Source: Perna viridis (lineage: Eukaryota). Taken from it: a stretch of DNA of 64,000 bases. The first letter of the stretch is position 1, and each line of letters opens with the position of its first letter. The notes under the pieces were generated by a model that made no database searches, was not told the origin of the DNA, and saw only the letters and a program-made list of their open reading frames with translations. The translations under genes were made by a program, and so were the position numbers. This document shows positions 27,919 through 64,000 of the stretch, piece by piece. The stretch spans positions 18,686,704 to 18,750,703 of the forward strand of contig CM074521.1 of the NCBI GenBank assembly GCA_037379345.1. The letters run 5' to 3'.

Positions 27919-29739
27919 ATTTGATTGACTATTATGTTCATGTCTTACCAGATTTTACACTCACTTGGTTTGTGACAGGTGCTGCTGGTGTAGCAGATCA
28001 TTCTTATCCTTCCGGGGCACCTAATATGACTTACAGACTTCATAATGCAAGTATTTTAGGGGTTTTTGTATGTGCTGTCGTAGTTTTATACAAATAATTG
28101 TGTTTTATTTTGCTATCTATACTGTATATATTGATTCTTGTTGGTTCCTGTTCAAATGTTTTGGTCATGTACTAGGATTTTGATATCTCTAATCTGATTC
28201 TACAGTATTTTTGCACTTTTCAGAAAATTTTTATCAAAATCTTTTGAATGGTTCAGGTGGATTCGTAAAAAGTAAAGAATCAATTTAGATTATCTCACTT
28301 TGCATTGAACAATAAAATGTTTCGCAAGACACAGCCTTATTCCTATATGGTCGACGACAAATCCTCTAAAATCAATCCAAACCTTTGTAGCCCCTTATTC
28401 CTACTTGGCTCAAGTCAAAGCCATAACTTCCTGTAGTATTATGACACCTTGTATTAAATCTTATTTGAGATCCATTCATTGTTATGTTTGTTTTCATACC
28501 TTTTTTTGGCTCATTTTGTGTCCCTTAGTCTAAAACAGTTTAGGCCATAACCCCCACAATCAATACCAACTTTCCTTTTGTGATATAAAACATTGATATA
28601 AAATTTTGTAATGATCAACCAACTATAAAAAAAATATTTAAGTTATCGCATGAAAACCAAGTGTCTTCAGACTACGACACAGACAACAACAACATGGACA
28701 ACAATAACAACAGTACCATAACATTATACAACCGCGATTTTTTTGCAGTTGTATAAAAATGACTCCTTTATACCAACTAAACATTGTTTATGGCTGTATA
28801 ATAAAAATCCCTTGTATATTTGTTTTCATTCACTCCCTTCCACTGTTAGGAAGCTTTTGTTGAAGAAATTTCAGGTTTTATTTAAATACTTGAAGAAAAG
28901 ACATTTGTTCACAAAGATGACCATTTATTCTTAAACTAATTCATATGACACCATAACAAACATCCACAATAGTTGATCTAAGCAACTTACATTTACTCAT
29001 ACATGTTATTACTTCAGCAACATAAGGCTCTATTTCCATTAATATAATGAATCAACTATACATGTATTATGAATTAAACTAGTTTCTCTCTTTGTACCTA
29101 GATCAATTATCATGTTATGTATTTAAGCACCAGTATAAAAAAAAATCATTACACTGAAAACTGTACTAATGTGATTCATGGTGCAGGAAAAAAAAACAAA
29201 TAAACAATTCATATTTTTACTTAATTATAGTTCTCTCATTATGCAGATCTGTATTTGACAAAACTTACATTCCTCTCTTAATTAAATCAACCAAATTCAG
29301 TAAGACAACTCTTACAAAGTGTAAATATCATATACAACTTATAAAATTTACCTCATCAGTGCAAAAACAGAATGACAAACTATGACTACTCATGAATGAG
29401 AAACAATAAAATGCTTTGCAGAAAGCAGCATAATACAACTGCAGTGGTCGAACCCTGAACAGTCGTCACAATATTAGTTTTTGACACACTTAAGCATAGG
29501 GACTTATAATTTATTATGGACACAACAAATGGTTTGGACACTACTGCATAAAATTTGAAATTCAAATAAAAATCGTCAAAAGCAGACTAAAAATAAAAAA
29601 GTTGATTTTTTGGAGTGTGACCCCTTTGACCTCTTACAACTAGACAACAATAAGAGATATTTGAAATCTGCTAATTATTAAATTAGGTACACAATAAAAA
29701 AGGAATTATCAGAATCAGAAGAAAAACAAATATTCTATA

Positions 29740-30368
29740 CTCGGCGTCACATAAATAACATACCGTTAAAATTTGAATAAAAATATTTTCTACGACTTTA
29801 TTGACACCTACCGTCGTTTAAATTGTCTTAAATGACTTGCTCATTCGTTTAGCCAAACGGCTTCTCCCTAAACATTGAATCGTTAAATTCCGGTCGGATT
29901 TTAATTCTAGGTGCCAATATTTACATTGTAAAAAGTTGGCCATGTTTACAGTGATCGGGTTGCTGGGAGATGTTGTTTACGTTTAAATGGTTTGTCCAAA
30001 AACCGAAGAACCCAGAATGCATTTCGACTTTATTTCGGATATCTTGGATTTATTTTACGCGAACAACATACAATACCGAGAAGTTAATCAAGCAGACAAT
30101 TGTCACCGGAGTTCGACAGGAACTTACGAACTTCGTTTGTAAACAAATCGTCCCGTAGAAACCAACATGGCGAATATTAGTATGGGATTTTCCCGTAAGG
30201 ATTTGTTACGCATGATTTAAGCTAAAAGCGACTTGTTCGGGGAGAAGCCGTTTGGCTAAACGAATGAGCAAGTCATTTAAGACAATTTAAACGACAGTAG
30301 GTCTCAATAAAGTCGTAGAAAATATTTTTATTCAAATTTTAACAGTATGTTATTTATGTGACGCCGAG
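29740..30368. mobile_element. MITE/foldback element with about 135-bp terminal inverted repeats, TA(TA) flanks
   Basis: ctcggcgtcacataaataacat...gcttctccc at the left end is mirrored by gggagaagc...atgttatttatgtgacgccgag at the right end, with few mismatches. Confidence 0.92.
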
Positions 30369-30990
30369 TATACATGGTTTTTCATAAAGCACATACATTT
30401 TTGTACTTTTTCTCTTTTTGGCCCTTTTTTCTAATAAGGTAGGGGCCACAAAATCGAAATTAAATGTGTACCTTTCTTTAGTAGTTAGTAAAATCATGGT
30501 CAAACACAACTAAAGTTATTACATGAAAACCAAGTGTCTAAGGACAACACTAGCACCATACCTGAATTTACAAATTTTTTTTGCAGTTGTATAAAAAGTG
30601 ATTTTTTGCCTATTAGACATGCATGAATCATCTGACTTCTATAAAGACTGTAATGGCACATTGACAGATTCAACACTCATTTTACTGTAAGTATGGACTT
30701 CAGTGAAACCAGTCTAAGTGACTTTCCAAGGAGAGCCAAAAGACAGACGGTCTGTATGAATAGGTTCACTTCTCATAGAATGCAGTTCAGAAGTACATTT
30801 TATGCATAGTCAATGAATGCAGTGGTTTGCCTAATAAGTTTGAATGTAATGGCATTAGAATTTTAATGTCATTCCAGAACACTGTTTCAACACCTTTTCA
30901 AAATAATGTTTAAACCTACTTTGAGTTCATAAACATCAATGAAAACCATCACTTCCCTAATTGTTAAGAAACAAATCACTGTTTCACAAA

Positions 30991-60964
<29,974 letters not shown>

Positions 60965-61240
60965 AACAATGTTGGATGAAATATGTTTCAATAGTCAGTT
61001 TATCATCTTCAGTTTAATTCATTAACACTTTTGGTTGATGTGACTGGAAAACAAATCTGATCATTGCTAATGAATATGCTTTCCCTGCGTTTTTTTTTCG
61101 GGAAAATTACGACAACATATTTTACGACATACACATCTATTTTTCTTCAGAATATAACTTTTATATAGAAAATAAATACTGTCAATAGAAGCATATCTAC
61201 AATAAGACGTAGTTCTTAACAATTTAATTTTATATTACCT

Positions 61241-61330
61241 TAGTTCTCGGGATTTGTAATTCAAATATGAAATTATTTAACGACATTAACCGTAATTCAC
61301 TTCCTGTCATTCTCCGGCTTGTGCCATTTT
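61241..61330 (-). promoter_or_regulatory. Probable XPB promoter motifs: ZNF143/Staf-like site (61244-61261), ETS CAGGAAGTG (61298-61306), YY1-like AAAATGGC (61323-61330)
   Basis: Cluster of housekeeping-promoter motifs about 280-370 bp upstream of the ATG; motif matches only. Confidence 0.45.
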
Positions 61331-63789
61331 TCCAAAATAATTTAATTTAGGTAAACTATTTGATTCTAGATCAGTTCTTTCGAATAAATTGAAGTTTCCA
61401 AGCATATAATTCTCGTCAAAAGATAGAGTAGGCAGTGGAATTGTTTCAAGTGGAAAGACTGTATTCAGTTTCCCTACATGATTTTGAGGCTTGACCATGT
61501 GCATTATTTAATAATTTGCATTTGTTATCCTTTTTCCAAACCTTCCTGCTATTTTAATGACTTGGTTCTAGAAAAAGGCATGTTTTACTTTCTATACCAG
61601 AACAAACAGGGGAGTTTGGATTGCTCATTTACATTTCTTTCTTTTGTATGTGCTGTATTTGATAATTCCATGTTCTTTGTTTTGTATGTCTGTTTACCAT
61701 GTTCAGTCTTTATCTTTGAATTCAGGGCTTTTCTTCCTTTGAATTCCCCTTGATTGTTGCCTCTATTACCAATGACAAAAAGTGTCTTTTTTTCCAGAAT
61801 TTTATAAAAAAAAAACAAACTTTCCTAATGGAAGCAAACAATATGAAAGTTGTCAATTTTTTCTTTTGAATATTTTATTGATGAATCTACAAATCATTAT
61901 TGTCTTGAGAGCAATTTTAAGATCTGGGAAAGAATTGTGTCTATTCTTCAAATTACAAATTTTTACGGCAACTGATTAACCATAATTATTTCGGAACTTC
62001 TTTTACCTTTATCTTCCATGGGCTATAAAATAAAAGGTATCCAAAGTAAAAATGGCAGTGTCTTTGTAATGGCTGAAAATTGAATAGTACAATGAGTTTA
62101 AACATGATTTTATTTGTTATTTTTTTCCCATTTGATAACAAATTCTCAATCTCAGGGGTAGGGACCTTATTTGAAAAAAGGTTGAAAAAGCCTTAGGATT
62201 ATATTCTTTTGATTATTGCTGGAATCTTGGGTCCCTTGATTACACTTAAATGAAATAGACTTTACTTCATTTACTACAGTGGTTTTATTTAGGTTAGTTT
62301 CATCAATGAGAGCAGTGAAAGAAAATTCCAAACATTTGTTTTCTTATTGATCAAACAGTTCGGGTTTGGCATGGAAAGAGGGTTGTATCACATGCCTGTC
62401 AACCATAATTTGTTACTTTTCTTTTTTAAATATCTGAGTTGTCTTTAACAAATAACAAACATATCTTTGAAATTATTTATCTAGACACATGTTTTTTTTA
62501 CTATATTTCAAAGCATCAGTAGATAGCTATCTAGCGTTTTCAATGACAAGTTTCTTGTGTGGTCAATATGATGAATTTTTGAATGAATTTCTATACTTTT
62601 CAGAGCAAACTTTGCTCACTTATTTAGACAAAGTTATAAGTCGATTATCCTTAAATGAGCTATGCTTAATTACTCTTTACGAATTGTTTGCTTTGTTTTC
62701 TCTGTTTTCAAAATATGAATCAGCTTGTGCACTTCTGACTTCTAAACTGGTTGAATCACATTGTATCCTGATAACCAGAATTTCATTTTCTACAACTCTT
62801 AACTGATGGCTATTTTTCATTGATTTACCAGCATGACTAGTTTTCAGATTTCCGTGTTTCTCTTCATTACCACGTACAATGTAATGTACATGTGATTTTT
62901 TATTCACTATGTGTTTGATCTCCATGATTCAAAGATTCTAGAAAATTAACTTTCACCTCTACAGGGACATTTGTACATTTGTTTCACATTCTGGATTTCC
63001 TTTGAACCCACAATCCTAAGGAAAGCATTTATCTGAGGCATTTGGTGTAATTGAAACAGAACAATTCGCCTATTTTTTAAAACGAAAATTGATATATCAG
63101 TATATGTATGGTACATGAAATAATGTACATGTATGTCTAAGATCTGTGTTTATGTACACTTTTGTGGCAAAACACATCCAGTGCCATTTTGTATGACCAA
63201 AAGCTTTTGGGTTTGTCTTTTAATTTGTTAATATGCAAAACAACTCCTGACCTTTTTTATCCTGACATTAATAAGGTTTGAATCATAGGGTGTCCTTCTT
63301 ACAGGGCCTTAATTAATAACTGAAATGAAGAAAGCCACCATGAAACTTATCTTACCCTATCAAACTGATGAGTTGTTAGGTGTAGACATCAGACATGTGA
63401 TTTCTTTTTGTACTGATTTAAAATGCTACAAATCTTCAGAAGATATATGGCTAAAACAGGCTTATCTAATTTCATCAGGGTATCGGTTAGACAGGTTTTA
63501 CTAGTTCATATGGTCTGTGTAAAGAAGTACACTACTCTCAACACAAATATTAATTTCTCCACTTTCCATAGTGGAGTCACCATTTCAAAAAGGGTCTGTA
63601 GTTTACTAATCCTGTCTTTATACCAAAGTATATTTAATGGTTCTAGCAGTTTAATAATATTTTAGTAATTGATAGAAATAAATATTGAAAAGTATAGAAA
63701 TGGAGCAATTTTATCACATTTTAAGACATGTTTCACTAATTGATATGGTATGTGTTACAGAAGTAGCTTTATTTTGTCCATGGAAGTCT

Positions 63790-64000
63790 ACAGTACTTGA
63801 ACAGATCCGTGCAACAAAAAATTGTGATCGGTCTTCAATCAGTTTCTGATCAGTTATCGATCCGTCAAACCGATCCATTAAACTGGTGATCGCATCGCAT
63901 GACCACTGAGCGGTCACTGTAATTTACGGTTTTTATTGTTTTCTTTGTCAATTTTACACTGATTTAATAATGTGATAGATTTAAACGTCAATTTATACTT
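63790..64000. mobile_element. MITE of the 43997-44363 family, running off the window edge
   Basis: See the 43997-44363 feature. Confidence 0.7.

Noticed and set aside
62489-63665. Divergent or adjacent gene suggested by ORFs 62489, 62677, 63423
   Set aside because: No recognisable domain, frequent stops, and no consistent splice structure.

Overview
AT-rich eukaryotic (animal) scaffold with one 200-N gap. The repeat families look like a bivalve mollusc, possibly mussel-like; this is an inference. The right half holds a complete minus-strand ERCC3/XPB (TFIIH helicase) gene. I reconstructed 21 coding exons (60964->30991; 2373 nt, 790 aa), all GT-AG and phase-consistent. The left half holds a secreted PAN/apple-domain exon and an ADEL/DUF3011-type lectin exon, probably one gene. 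It also holds a rearranged BEL/Pao LTR-retrotransposon relic, many Penelope-like 3' fragments, MITEs, Helentron-type repeats and a 31-bp satellite. Most striking: five XPB introns (7, 9, 18, 19, 20) begin with unrelated tandem arrays that copy the exon 3' end plus its 5' splice site. Their main periods (40, 28, 43, 34, 58 bp) are all 3n+1, giving about 29 decoy donor copies. XPB helicase motif II also reads DEVQ instead of the usual DEVH.
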